Source: Eledone cirrhosa
Taxonomy: Eukaryota
DNA length: 64,000 bases
Assembly: GCA_964016885.1 (NCBI GenBank)
Contig: OZ024741.1
Location: 108,996,001-109,060,000, forward strand
Direction: 5' to 3'
Shown here: positions 37,831-49,358 of the stretch, piece after piece
Layout: every line of letters begins with the position of its first letter
Numbering within the stretch: the stretch's first letter is position 1
The notes under the pieces: model-generated
Seen by the model: the letters and a program-made list of their open reading frames with translations, nothing else
What the model was told of the DNA's origin: nothing
Database searches by the model: none
Made by a program: the position numbers and the translations under genes

Positions 37831-40800
37831 TTTTCTTTATTAACCACAAGGGTTCACATAAAGTAGACATTAAGGACGGTACAGGACAATACAGGACGGT
37901 ACATATGGGCATTTCTGCGTGTAAAAAAACAGAGGATGTAATAAAATAACAAAGAAAAATTCCCCAATAGGGGGGAGACTTCCGAGGGACATTTGTGGAG
38001 AAAGCCCATTAAAAGACCACAGTGACCCTGACCACCAGGGCTCTCTCCCAGTTTTCCATCTTTAATTTACAGACACATACTCAGAGAAAGCCCATTCATT
38101 AGTTGGATCCGTCCTACACGTGACAGCAGGTGTTCGACATAAACCCACAAGTCAGCAATGCTCGGACACTGGACGAGTGCGTGCAGGTCGGTTTCGTCGC
38201 CCTGTGCGCATTTCGGACATGCCCGGCTGACGGCACCTCCATGCCTGTAGAGTTTATCCCGAACTGGCAAAGCTCCCCGGTAGTACTGCCAGGCCAGGGA
38301 TTTCTGGAAGTTGTCCATATGCCCCGGCCCGAAAGTCCTTCCGAAGAGATTGGCTAGTTGATTTTCGTCGACGCCTAGAGTTTCTCCAAATACGTCGTCG
38401 CTCTTACCCTCCACTAATCCCCTATAGAACGCCAAGGTGGAGTTTCCACCGATCACATTGCCCGATTGGTCGAGGGCTGTGAGCGCCTGAAGACATTCCA
38501 GTCTCCAAGCGCTCCCTCTCGGTCTTCGCTTGACCCAGGACTGCAGCTCCGTCAAGGAGACGAGCTGGGGAAAAACGTGTCTAGCAAACGGCGACAACAC
38601 CTGATCACCGTCGAGGAAGAGGTGGAGATGTCGTAGCCTGAGCGCGTGTCTGCGCATCATCAGCCACGGCATGCCCAGCCCTCCACGTAGCGGGTGTTGA
38701 CAGCAGATGGACCGCCTGACTATCGGAATCGGAGCGCGTCCCTTCCACAAGAAGCGAAAGAGCAAACGCTCCAGCGCAGTCAGGCGGGGCTTAGGACATG
38801 GTACGACGGTCAGGCGGTAGTAGATGACGGACGCAATGTACGCGTTAGCCACCTCCGCTCGACCTTTCAGGGATAGCTTCCTCTCGGCCCATTTCTGAGT
38901 GAGAGAAGCCACCCTGCTCGTCACCTCGTCCCAGTTTTTGTCCGTCTGGAGGTCTGGACCGAACCAGACGCCTAGCAATTTAACCGGTCCGTCCGTCCAG
39001 CGCCCGACGACGCTGTTGGAAGGCATTGATCAAAGACCCACCTGTGCCAGGTTCCCTAGCTACCCTCTCTACGATGTATCGCATGAGGTGGAGGTTGTCG
39101 TGGATGGATCTGTCTGGAATGGCGCATGTCTGTGTCTCTCCCACCAGACTACCAACGACAAGCGCCAACCTCTTTGCTTGCACCTTGGCCAAAATCTTGA
39201 ACTCTGTGTTTAGCAGAGTTATGGGCCTAAAATTATCTATGTTATCCCCCTTGTTCGGATCCTTTCTCAGCAGCGCCACCGCTCCTCGGCTCACGGAGCT
39301 GGGAATTCTCCCGTTCTGTTGCCAGTTGCAGTAGACGTCCGCCAAGAGGCCTCCGAACAAGTTTGGCATTTGTACGTAAAGTTCATAGGGCAGACCATCC
39401 AAACCAGGCGATTTACCCCTTGTGCAGCCAGTCATTGCCTCCCGTACTTCAGCGGTTGTTATCGGCTTTTTGCAACACTCCGCCTCAGTGGCCAAAAGCC
39501 GCGGCAGTCTGTCGAGGTAGACACTAAAGTCCATCCCTCGATCCGGCCCGCCATTGCCCCCGAACAGTTGAGCGAAGTGTCGCTGAAAAGCTTCACACAT
39601 TTGCCCGGGATCGAGTAGCGTGCGCCCGTCGTGGTCCACCAAAGACCGGATCGTGGCTTTATTGCCACGACGCGCCTCCGCCACTCGGGCCCATTGAACG
39701 GCTTTCGTCCCCTCGTGTCTGAGAGCACGCACCCTAGCTCTGACAACGCAGCCTTCGTGCTTTGCATTGAAGAATTGGTCAAGGGCCAATTTCGCCGCAA
39801 GTACGTCGGTCGCGATGCCTTTGCTAAGCGCCTCGTCTAATTTTCTAACTAATTCTCCCTCTGCTTTTTTTTTCTCTATCGCTAAAGCCTTACTAGACCT
39901 AATGGACTCTATTCTAATTGCTCTTTTCAGAGCAAACCACCACTTGTTTTGACGATGCCCCCCCCCCCGTCAACGCCCGCTTAACTAGTTCGCTAATCCG
40001 GTCTCTGTAGGCCTTGCGCGCTGGTAAGGACGCGTTTAGCTTCCAGTAGCCGGGTCCTTGTCTATGAAGCCTATCTAAGTCGAGCACACAGATCACGAAT
40101 TTGTGGTCCGTGTAGCTGACTATCTTGAATTGTGGACAGCCTATGCTAGACCTATCTACTTCCCTACAACATACTCTATCTAGATGACCCTATGCGGTTT
40201 GTCCAAGTCCACATTGGCACATTCAGGAAATCCATTCGGTACCTGTCAGTCAGTTCAAAACGCCTGATCAGGTTGGTGAGACTCTTGCACCCTCCTTCCC
40301 TATCCACTAATCCCACACAATCCCAGCGTGCATCTAAGATCCCGTTCCAGTCGCCCACTAACACTAAAGAGCGGGACGTTCCAAGAAAGGTCTCCAGACG
40401 CCGGAAGAAATCAGGCCGCCCTGCTCCTGTCGGGGCATAGACGGCCACTAACCTGAAAGCTTGCCCGTCTCCGCTGGTCACGTCCAGCACCACCAACTTA
40501 CCTTCTGGGTCCAGGAAGATGGCCCGTATGGCAAGATCCAAACTTCTCCGAAAAAGCACAGCAACTCCTCCCCCCGATCCCGGACGGCTGGGAGATGCGT
40601 ACACGTCGTAGCTGACAAGATCGGGCGAAGGCCCGTGCTTCGGAGATTCTGGTCTCGCTGATGGCCACTACATCTATGTTTAGTGACCTGAGGTCGTTGA
40701 GCAGGTGGCCCTGCTTCCATGACGACCCCAAGCCACGCGCATTTATCTGCCTATTCTGAGTGAGGTCATGTTGAAAAGGAGTGGAAAAGATGGGAAAGAC

Positions 40801-42937
40801 CACTTACCTTACTTCTCGTAGGGGAAGGACGGTTTTTCCATTCTTTTCACTGCTTGTGGCCTCCTCAGGAAGGATGTCCTTATAAATCCCCCTGGAGAGT
40901 GCTTGTCGGAAGTCTCCGATGTCTTTGGGGAATTTTTGTTTTAGTGTCATGTACGTTTTCTGTGTGATGCGAGTGATTTGTATGTGTGGAGGTGGTGTGA
41001 ATTTTTGGGTTGTTGTGTAGTCTTTTTCTGTGATGCTGGTGTTGTGTTGGATGTAGTGTAATAATTGCTTGTTGTTCAAATTTAATGCTGTGTAGTGTAT
41101 ATCGTTTTGGTTGTTTTGTTTTGTTTGCGTTTGTTGTTGGTTTGTTTCTGTTTCGCATTTTGGTGACTTTTGTGGTGTAGGTGATGGTGGTGTTGGGGTT
41201 AATGATGGTGATGGTGTTGGTGTTTGGGTTGATGGGGTTGGTGATGCTGGTGTGGATGGTGGCATATCTGTACTAACTTTTTTGTTTGTTAATTTATTTG
41301 TTTCCCTCTGTATTTTGTTTTTGGAAGGGGAAGGAAGAGAATTTTTTCTTTTTTGGTTTCTTTTTTTTTTCCTGATACCGTTTCCCACTCCTCGTCGTCA
41401 CAATCTGTCTCCAGTTGTGATAGGCCGGGGAGTGGAAAATCCTCCACAGGCGTTAGTTTTGGTTGTGGCGTGGTGGATGGTGTAGGCGCTGGTGCTAGTT
41501 CTGAAGCGTTGGGTGGTGGTGGTGTTGGTTTTGCTGGTGGTGGTGGTGTTGGTTTTGCTACTGTTGCTGGAGTTGTTGCTGTTATAGTTGCTTCTGTTGC
41601 TGCTACAGTTGTTGCTGCCATCTCTGCTACTGGTGGGGTTGATGGTTGTGTCACTGGGGTGGGTAGGAGAGCAGAAAGCCTTTAGGTGGGTTCCTTCACC
41701 ACAAACGACACACCTAGGCCTTCTGCCCTCGACAATTACGGCGAGGTGGCTGCCGTCAGTGAGGTCTATTACCTCTGGGAACTCCTCAATGCTTTTTTGG
41801 TCTGCTTGGATCAGGAGCTCCATCCCAGATCCGGACCAGTTCTCCTGCTTTTCTTTTGCTATTGCTATTATCTTTGTGTTGGCTTCGATGCCGTCGAGGA
41901 CGGCCGCTATTAGCCAGGGAATTTCGATGGCCGGTGGAACGTGGGTCACCCTGATCTTTACGAGTCTCTGGCCACAATAGCTTGGGACGAGTGTGAAGTC
42001 GTCACTTCTTAATGGGGCCATGGAGTGTTCTCTAGCCTCCTCTGGTGTTTCAAAGAACACGTCCACGGTTCCATACTTCTGCCCACGTCTGATGTGGGTT
42101 TTTCTTGCCCACACATGTCCCAAAGCTTTTTGGATTTGGGACTCGGATGTCCGTTCCACTCGGCGCGATTTTACATTTATTGTTCGATACGACACGGTGC
42201 ATAGGCGCCGATGCTCCATTTTATTAGGTGGGGGAGTGAGACTGACCCTGTACCCATCTTTCTTTACCATTTGTTTGGCATTTTCTAAATCCTCCTGAGT
42301 TATCGTAAATGCTTCGAACTGTTTTGCTACTCTGGCAAAACTCAGGGTGGTTTTTTTAATGTCATTGTTGTTGTTGCTATCGTTATTTTTGTTATTATTA
42401 ATTTTAGTTTCAGTTGTGGTGATGGTGACGTCAGTGAAGTTGGGCTTGGGAGAGTCCATTTTGGTTGAAAATATTTCGACATCACGTGTTGATTTATTTT
42501 TTTCCTTTTGTTTCTGTTGTCGCGGTGGTGGTGGTGGCGGCTTTAACACCTGCAGTCATTGGTAATGGCGGGAAATGAATGTCTGCCTGAGACAAATTTA
42601 AAATATTGCTAGTGCTTAAATTTTTTGTGTTGGAAGACGTATAATCATTTACAATTGTGGTGTCGGTGTGAGGTGTTAATTTGTGAGAAAGGCTTTCAGC
42701 TGCTAGGTGCAGTGGTGAATTAGCCATTTTTTTTTCAAAGAAATTTTTTGATAATCATAAAAGTTTAAATTTTGGGCACAAGGCCCCAATCTTTTTGGGT
42801 GTCCTTTTCGGAAAACAATGTATGTGCGCTTATATAGAGTTAACAATAAAAATTTTCCATAAATGGCAATTTTTAACAAACGGAAATAACAAACCTTTGC
42901 GGAGCTCACGATGATACGATTTACTAGGTAAGTCGCC
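37830..42937 (-). mobile_element. Tx1/L1-clade LINE copy 1, ORF1 type alpha, both ends present, inactivated
   Basis: 5' end GGCGAC shared with 49359; frameshifted ORF1 (42727-40804) and ORF2 (40769-38067) with ~450-bp RT and ~270-bp C-terminal deletions; AAT runs on both sides. Confidence 0.93.
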
Positions 42938-43107
42938 AATAATAATAATAATAATAATGAATACAAAAGGGAAGAAAAATTAATAATTTTCACATACATG
43001 TTCATTCAGGCAAGCTATAAGGAGAGTAGGATGGCAGAGAAATGAACCCTCTTCTCTGAATGAACATGTATGTGGCAATTAATTTTTCTTCCCCTTTTTA
43101 TTTTCAA

Positions 43108-43148
<41 letters not shown>
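42938..43148. repeat. Small inverted-repeat element with (AAT)n at left and (ATT)n at right, separating head-to-head Tx1 copies
   Basis: gggaagaaaaattaat..cacatacatgttcattcag pairs with ctgaatgaacatgtatgtg..attaatttttcttccc around a ~46-nt spacer. Confidence 0.85.
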
Positions 43149-43361
43149 GAATGCCATGGTTGACGGAGGCTCGGCTCTGTAAGGTATAGTAATGTTTAAC
43201 CGTTAAAACAATTGTAAATTGTTTAAAACTTGAACCAAATTGTTGATAAAGACACCCTCCTCCTCGTGAGAGGGGTCTTTCTGTCCGTTATTTGGCCCTT
43301 CGGGGTTAAATAACCAGTTATTGGGGTTTTGTACCCAAAATTTCATTTTAAACAAAAAAAC

Positions 43362-45458
43362 ATGGCTACCAAAAAGAAATTTCATACGTCACTCCCACTC
43401 ATTCCGTCTTCTTCTTCCTCAATCATCACTACAGCAGAGAGAAGATTGTCTCTCTCCCTCCCTTCTTTAAATGTGTCTCTCTCCCTCCCTTCTCTTTCGC
43501 AAGCGACGAAAGAAAAGAAAAGTCTCGTGCAAAGCCTGCAAGGTTTCTCCACGACGACGACGACAGCGACGAAACAGGTGTGCGGGAAATACGAAAACCC
43601 AGTTCATTCGTCTGACGTCAGGAATAATAGCAGTAGCAGCCGTAATAACAACAGCAACAGTGACAATGAAAACAACAGTAGCAGCCGCAACAGCATCACC
43701 AGCAACATAAACAACAACAGCATTAGCAGCAGCAACACCAACAACAACCACAGCAACAGCGGCGGAGGCAGTAGTCGTAGTACCTGCAGCAACAACAAAA
43801 GTACCAGCAGCTCTGACGACAACAACAACAGCAGAGAAAAACCAATCTCATTTGCAGGTATTGCGAAAAACTTGGAAACAATCCTCATAACAAATGAGGA
43901 ATTAGAGGAAGCGAAGAAGATGGTGACAAAGAACGGACACCGAGCAATCTGCAAGGCAGCGGAAAAGTTTTTCGAGACCCAAGAGCACTGTACGGTCACG
44001 TACCGTACAGTAAGTACAAAATCCCGTAGGGTGGAAAGAGCCACAGAGGCCCAAATACAAAACGCCTTGGGGTCTGTGTGGCAGAGGAAAACGCACATCA
44101 CCCGAGGCAAAAAATACGCCACCGTAGACGTACTTTTTGCCACACCCCAGGAGGCAAAGGCCCAATCAGTAGTGACCCTAAGGAGCGAGGAAATGGTGTT
44201 GGTGCCCTCCTACTGCGGGCAAAAAATTGTGAGGGTCAAACTGACCCACGTCCCCCCCGGAATGACCCCTTCTTGGCTGGCCGCGTCTGTCCTCGTCGGA
44301 ATCGAGGACAAAACAACTGTACTGCAAGTACAGAAAAAAGTAAGAGAAGATTGGGTCGGCTCCTCCATTGAGATGCTAATCCAAACCAACCAGGAGTGCA
44401 TCGAAGCTATCCCGGATGTGATAGACTTCGATAACGGCACTCAACTGCCCATAAGTGTTGAGGGCAAACGCCCGAAATGCTTTCGCTGTGGATCGAAGAC
44501 TCACCTCAGGGCCTTCTGCAACGAGAAGACCCTGAGAAAGGAGAAAACCCCCCTCCTTCCGAATCCGGCTCCACGGCTACCAGCAACAGGACAAGCGGCA
44601 ACCAGGAACGATAGGTCCGTGGCACCCATACCCACTCCACGGAAATCAAAGACAGCAGCAGCAGTGGAAATATTAACAACAACAACAGCAATACCAAATG
44701 CAGCTGCAACAGAGACTCCAGTGCAAACATCACCAACAACAACAAGTGAAAGAGTGGAGCTGGTACCCCTCCCCGACCTTACAGAATCAGACATGGAGTG
44801 TGAGGTGGGAGAGGGATGGCAAAAGGTCGCAAGAAGGCACAAACGCAGAAGCAGCGCATCGTCGCCTTTGAAAAGGGAGGAAAGAAATGAGAAAAGGGTA
44901 AAGTCTACTGCAAAGAGACCCACAGCAGCAACACCACCAACACCACCACCACCCACACCAGCACCACCATCACCACCGGCGACAACCCCACCGCCAACAA
45001 CACCTTCAACACCACCACCACAAGCACCAACATCGCAAACACAACAACAAAACACACACACCCAGCAACAACGACAAGAAAATAGCAGAACCACACCCCA
45101 CCCCCAGAAAAACAAATGCACGGCAATAAACACACACAACAAGAAACTAATGACTTACATAATTGAACACACAGACATTTCACAACAGGACTACATAATA
45201 CCAGCACCAATCAAAACGCCAACTAACATAAGACTGCTAAAAATAGCACAGAAACAATACACAAACATTAAAACGAAATTCCCCAACGCAGTTGGTGATT
45301 TCAGGGACCTAGGAGGAACCATCAATCGAAGAGTATATTCAGACATTCTCTTAGAAGAGCCGACGACCAGCCGAAGGGACGATTCAACGGTCCCTTCACC
45401 AGACGATCAAGTGAAAAGGGATGTAAAAACCATCCCTCCTCTACCAAAAGTACGGTAA
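43362..45458 (+). CDS. LINE ORF1 protein (698 aa): S/N-rich N-terminus, probable RRM-like core, CCHC zinc knuckle, P/T-rich region
   Basis: CFRCGSKTHLRAFC = CX2CX4HX4C; position upstream of ORF2; first ATG at 43362. Confidence 0.9.
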   Translation: MATKKKFHTSLPLIPSSSSSIITTAERRLSLSLPSLNVSLSLPSLSQATKEKKSLVQSLQGFSTTTTTATKQVCGKYENPVHSSDVRNNSSSSRNNNSNSDNENNSSSRNSITSNINNNSISSSNTNNNHSNSGGGSSRSTCSNNKSTSSSDDNNNSREKPISFAGIAKNLETILITNEELEEAKKMVTKNGHRAICKAAEKFFETQEHCTVTYRTVSTKSRRVERATEAQIQNALGSVWQRKTHITRGKKYATVDVLFATPQEAKAQSVVTLRSEEMVLVPSYCGQKIVRVKLTHVPPGMTPSWLAASVLVGIEDKTTVLQVQKKVREDWVGSSIEMLIQTNQECIEAIPDVIDFDNGTQLPISVEGKRPKCFRCGSKTHLRAFCNEKTLRKEKTPLLPNPAPRLPATGQAATRNDRSVAPIPTPRKSKTAAAVEILTTTTAIPNAAATETPVQTSPTTTSERVELVPLPDLTESDMECEVGEGWQKVARRHKRRSSASSPLKREERNEKRVKSTAKRPTAATPPTPPPPTPAPPSPPATTPPPTTPSTPPPQAPTSQTQQQNTHTQQQRQENSRTTPHPQKNKCTAINTHNKKLMTYIIEHTDISQQDYIIPAPIKTPTNIRLLKIAQKQYTNIKTKFPNAVGDFRDLGGTINRRVYSDILLEEPTTSRRDDSTVPSPDDQVKRDVKTIPPLPKVR

Positions 45459-45492
45459 GTGGTCTTTCCCATCTTTTCCACTCTATTTAAAC

Positions 45493-48400
45493 ATGACCTC
45501 ACTCAGAATAGGCAGCATAAATGCGCGTGGCTTGGCGTCGTCATGGAAGCGGGGTCACCTGCTCAACGACCTCGGGTCACTAAACATAGATGTAGTGGCC
45601 ATCAGCGAGACCAGAATCTCCGAAGCACGGGCCTTCGCACCGATCTTCGGCGGCTACGATGTGTACGCATCTCCCAGCCGTCCTGGATCGGGTGGAGGAG
45701 TTGCTGTGCTTTTTCGGAGAGGTTTGGATCTCGCCATACGGGCCATCTTCCTGGACCCAGAGGGTAAGCTGGTGGTGCTGGACGTGACCAGCGGAGACGG
45801 GCAAGCTTTCAGGCTAGTGGCCGTCTATGCCCCGACAGGAGCAGGGCGGCCTGATTTCTTCCGGCGTCTGGAGACCTTTCTTGGAACGTCCCGCTCTTTA
45901 GTGTTAGTGGGCGACTGGAACGGGATCTTAGATGCACGCTGGGACTGTGTGGGATTAGCGGATAAGACAGGAGGGTGCAAGAGCCTCACCAACCTGCTCA
46001 GGCGTTTTGAACTGTCTGACAGGTACCGATTGGATTTCCCGAATGTGCCAATGTGGACTTGGACAAACCGCATAGGGTCATCCAGATCATATCTAGATAG
46101 AGTATTTTGTAGGGAAATAGATAGGTCTAGCATAGGCTGTCCACAATTCAAGATAGTCAGCTACACGGACCACAAATTCGTGACCTGTGTGCTTGACTTA
46201 GATAGGCTTCATAGACGAGGACCCGGCTACTGGAAGCTAAACGCGTCCTTACCAGCGCGCAAGGCCTACAGAGACCGGATTAGCGAACTAGTTAAGCGGG
46301 CGTTGACGGGGGCCATCGTCAACAACAAGTGGTGGTTTGCTCTGAAAAGAGCGATTAGAATAGAATCGATTAGGTTTAGTAAGGCTTTAGCAATAGAGAA
46401 AAATAGAGCAGAGGGAGAACTAGTTAGAAAATTAGACGAGGCGCTTAGCAAATGCATTGCGACCGACGTGCTTGCGGCGAAATTGGCCCTTGACCAATTC
46501 TTCAATGCAAAGCACGAAGGCTGCGTTGTCAGAGCTAGGGTGCGTGCTCTCAGACACGAGGGGACGAAAGCCGTTCAATGGGCCCGAGTGGCGGAGGCGC
46601 GTCGTGGCAACAAAGCCACGATCCGGTCTTTGGTGGACCACGACGGGCGCATGCTACTCGATCCCGGGCAAATGTGTGAAGCTTTTCAGCGACACTTCGC
46701 TCAGCTGTTCGGGGGCAGCGGGGGGCCGGGTAGAGGGATGGACTTTAGTGTCTACCTCGACGGACTGCCGCGGCTCTCGGCCACTGAGGCGAAGTGTTGC
46801 GAAAAGCCGATAACAGCCGCTGAAGTACGGGAGGCAATGACTGGCTGCACAAGGGGTAAATCGCCTGGTTTGGATGGTCTGCCCTATGAACTTTACGTAC
46901 AGATGCCAGACTTGTTCGGAGGCCTCTTGGCGGACGTCTACTGCAACTGGCAACAGAACGGGAGAATTCCCAGTTCTGTGAGCCGAGGAGCGGTGGCACT
47001 GCTGAGAAAGGATCCGAACAAGGGGGATAACATAGACAATTTCCGGCCCATAACTCTGCTAAACACAGAGTTTAAGATTTTGGCCAAGGTGCTAGCAAAG
47101 AGGGTGGCGCTTGTCGTTGGTGGTCTGGTGGGAGAGGCGCAGACATGCGCCATTCCCGACAGATCCATCCACGACAACCTCCACCTCATGCGATACATCG
47201 TAGAGAGGGTAGCTAGGGAACCTGGCACGGGTGGGTCCTTGATCAATTTAGATCAGTCGAAAGCTTTCGATAGGGTCGACCATCGTTACCTAGCGGCAGT
47301 CCTGAGGGCGGCTGGCTTTGGGCCCGTCTTCAGAGGCTGGATCGCTGCCATGCACAGCGACATCTGCTCTGTAGTGAGAGTGAACGGTCACCTGTCGGAA
47401 CCGTTCAGCATCATGCGCTCGGTCCGCCAAGGATGTCCCCTCTCGTCCCTCTTGTACGTATTGACGCTCGAGCCATTACTGCACAAACTGGAGACGTTGA
47501 GGGGAGTCCCGCGCGAACTAGGATGCGGAAGATCCGTGTCAGCATATGCGGACGATGTCACCGTAGTGGTGTCGAACGCCAAACACATCGAGGCGATCGG
47601 CACTACACTAAGAGAATACGAAGCGGTGACAGGAGCAATGATCAACCAGGAAAAGTCAGTGGGCCTGCAGCTCGGCACCTGGAGAGGCAGGTCCATGCCG
47701 TCCAACAGCGTCGTCGGGCGCTGGACGGACGGACCGGTTAAATTGCTAGGGGTCTGGTTCGGTCCGGACCTCCAGACGGACAAAAACTGGGACGAGGTGA
47801 CGAGCAGGGTGGCTTCTCTCACCCAGAAATGGGCGGAGAGGAAGCTATCCCTGAAAGGTCGAGCGGAGGTGGCTAACGCGTACATCGCGTCTGTCATCTG
47901 CTACCGCCTAACCGTCGTACCTTGTCCTAAGCCTCGCCTGACTGCGCTGGAGCGTTTGCTCTTTCGCTTTTTGTGGAAGGGACGTGCTCCGATGGTCAGG
48001 CGGTCCATCTGTTGTCAACACCCGCTACGTGGAGGGCTGGGCATGCCGTGGCTGATGATGCGCAGGCACGCGCTCAGGCTACGACATCTCCACCTCTTCC
48101 TCGACGGTGATCAGGTGTGGTCGCCGTTTGCTAGACGCGTTTTTCCCCAGCTCGTTTCCTTGACGGAGCTGCAGTCCTGGGTCAAGCGAAGACCGAGAGG
48201 GAGCGCCTGGAGACTGGAATGTCTTCAGGCGCTCACAGCCCTCGACCAATCGGGCAATGTGATCGGTGGAAACTCCACCTCGGCGTTCTATAGAGGATTA
48301 GTGGAGGGGAAGAGCGACGACGTACTTGGGGAAACTCTAGGCGTCGACGAAAATCAACTAGCCAATCTCTTCGGAAGAACTTTCGGGCCGGGGCCTATGG

Positions 48401-48912
48401 ACAACTTCCAGAAATCTCTGGCCTGGCAGTGCTACCGAGGAGCCTTGCCAGTTCGGGATAAACTCTACAGGCATGGAGGTGCCGTCAGCCGGGCATGTCC
48501 GAGATGCGCGCAGGGCGACGAAACCGTCCTGCACGCACTCGTCCAGTGTCCGAAAATTGCTGACTTGTGGGTTTATGTCGAACACCTGCTGTCGCGTTTA
48601 GGACGGATCCAGCTATCATCTGAGTCCATCGTGAGGATTGCCCCGCCCTCCTCCTTTAGCCGGGAAGGGCAGGCAGTTTTTATCTGTCTGGTGGCCATGG
48701 CGAAAGAGATAGTATGGTGGACACGTTTGAAAGGGCTGAAGACGAGCACTTACCTCTTCGGTGATGCTCTGATTGACTTTTTCAAATTTCATTTGAAAAG
48801 GAAAATCAGAGTAGAGAGGGAAGTGCTCTCTTCCCAGCATTTTGTTGAAAGATGGGTGAGAGAAGCAAGAATGGCCCGAGTGAATGGGCCTACTCTGAGT
48901 ATATATCTGTAA
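45493..48912 (+). CDS. LINE ORF2 protein (1139 aa): APE endonuclease, reverse transcriptase, C-terminal zinc finger (L1/Tx1 type)
   Basis: SINARG, ISET, VYAP, GDWN, YLDR, TDH; YWKLN; KSPGLDG, NFRPITLLN, DQSKAFD, RQGCPLS, YADD; CPRC-x8-H-x4-C. Confidence 0.97.
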   Translation: MTSLRIGSINARGLASSWKRGHLLNDLGSLNIDVVAISETRISEARAFAPIFGGYDVYASPSRPGSGGGVAVLFRRGLDLAIRAIFLDPEGKLVVLDVTSGDGQAFRLVAVYAPTGAGRPDFFRRLETFLGTSRSLVLVGDWNGILDARWDCVGLADKTGGCKSLTNLLRRFELSDRYRLDFPNVPMWTWTNRIGSSRSYLDRVFCREIDRSSIGCPQFKIVSYTDHKFVTCVLDLDRLHRRGPGYWKLNASLPARKAYRDRISELVKRALTGAIVNNKWWFALKRAIRIESIRFSKALAIEKNRAEGELVRKLDEALSKCIATDVLAAKLALDQFFNAKHEGCVVRARVRALRHEGTKAVQWARVAEARRGNKATIRSLVDHDGRMLLDPGQMCEAFQRHFAQLFGGSGGPGRGMDFSVYLDGLPRLSATEAKCCEKPITAAEVREAMTGCTRGKSPGLDGLPYELYVQMPDLFGGLLADVYCNWQQNGRIPSSVSRGAVALLRKDPNKGDNIDNFRPITLLNTEFKILAKVLAKRVALVVGGLVGEAQTCAIPDRSIHDNLHLMRYIVERVAREPGTGGSLINLDQSKAFDRVDHRYLAAVLRAAGFGPVFRGWIAAMHSDICSVVRVNGHLSEPFSIMRSVRQGCPLSSLLYVLTLEPLLHKLETLRGVPRELGCGRSVSAYADDVTVVVSNAKHIEAIGTTLREYEAVTGAMINQEKSVGLQLGTWRGRSMPSNSVVGRWTDGPVKLLGVWFGPDLQTDKNWDEVTSRVASLTQKWAERKLSLKGRAEVANAYIASVICYRLTVVPCPKPRLTALERLLFRFLWKGRAPMVRRSICCQHPLRGGLGMPWLMMRRHALRLRHLHLFLDGDQVWSPFARRVFPQLVSLTELQSWVKRRPRGSAWRLECLQALTALDQSGNVIGGNSTSAFYRGLVEGKSDDVLGETLGVDENQLANLFGRTFGPGPMDNFQKSLAWQCYRGALPVRDKLYRHGGAVSRACPRCAQGDETVLHALVQCPKIADLWVYVEHLLSRLGRIQLSSESIVRIAPPSSFSREGQAVFICLVAMAKEIVWWTRLKGLKTSTYLFGDALIDFFKFHLKRKIRVEREVLSSQHFVERWVREARMARVNGPTLSIYL

Positions 48913-49160
48913 ATTAAAGGTGGAAAACTGGGAGAGGGCACTTGCCTTGGTGGTCAGGGTCATTGTGGCTTTTTACTGGGCTTTCTCCACAAATGTCCCT
49001 CCGAAGTCTCCCCCCTATTGGGGAATTTTTCATTGTTATTTTTTGTTACATCCTCTGTTTTTGTTTTTTACACGCAGAAATGCCCATTTGTACCGTCCTG
49101 CATTGTCCTGCACTGTCCTTAATGTCTACTTTATGTAAACCCTTGTGGTTAATAAAGAAA

Positions 49161-49228
<68 letters not shown>

Positions 49229-49231
<3 letters not shown>

Positions 49232-49350
49232 CCCGCCGAGGTTGACTTTGCTTTCATCCTTACGGGGTCGATAAAATAAAGTACCAGTAATGCACTGGAT
49301 AATTGCTGGCTTTGTGCCTAAAGTAGAAACAATTATTATTATTATTATTA
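49229..49350 (+). mobile_element. 5'-truncated SINE in the (ATT)n tail of Tx1 copy 2
   Basis: Matches 5534-5637; ATT runs on both sides. Confidence 0.88.
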
Positions 49351-49358
49351 AAATTATT

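Larger units (their letters stand above)
43149..49162 (+). mobile_element. Intact full-length Tx1/L1-clade LINE copy 2, ORF1 type beta, inserted in (ATT)n
   Basis: 5'UTR, two uninterrupted ORFs, 250-nt 3'UTR with AATAAA, (ATT)n on both sides. Confidence 0.97.
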
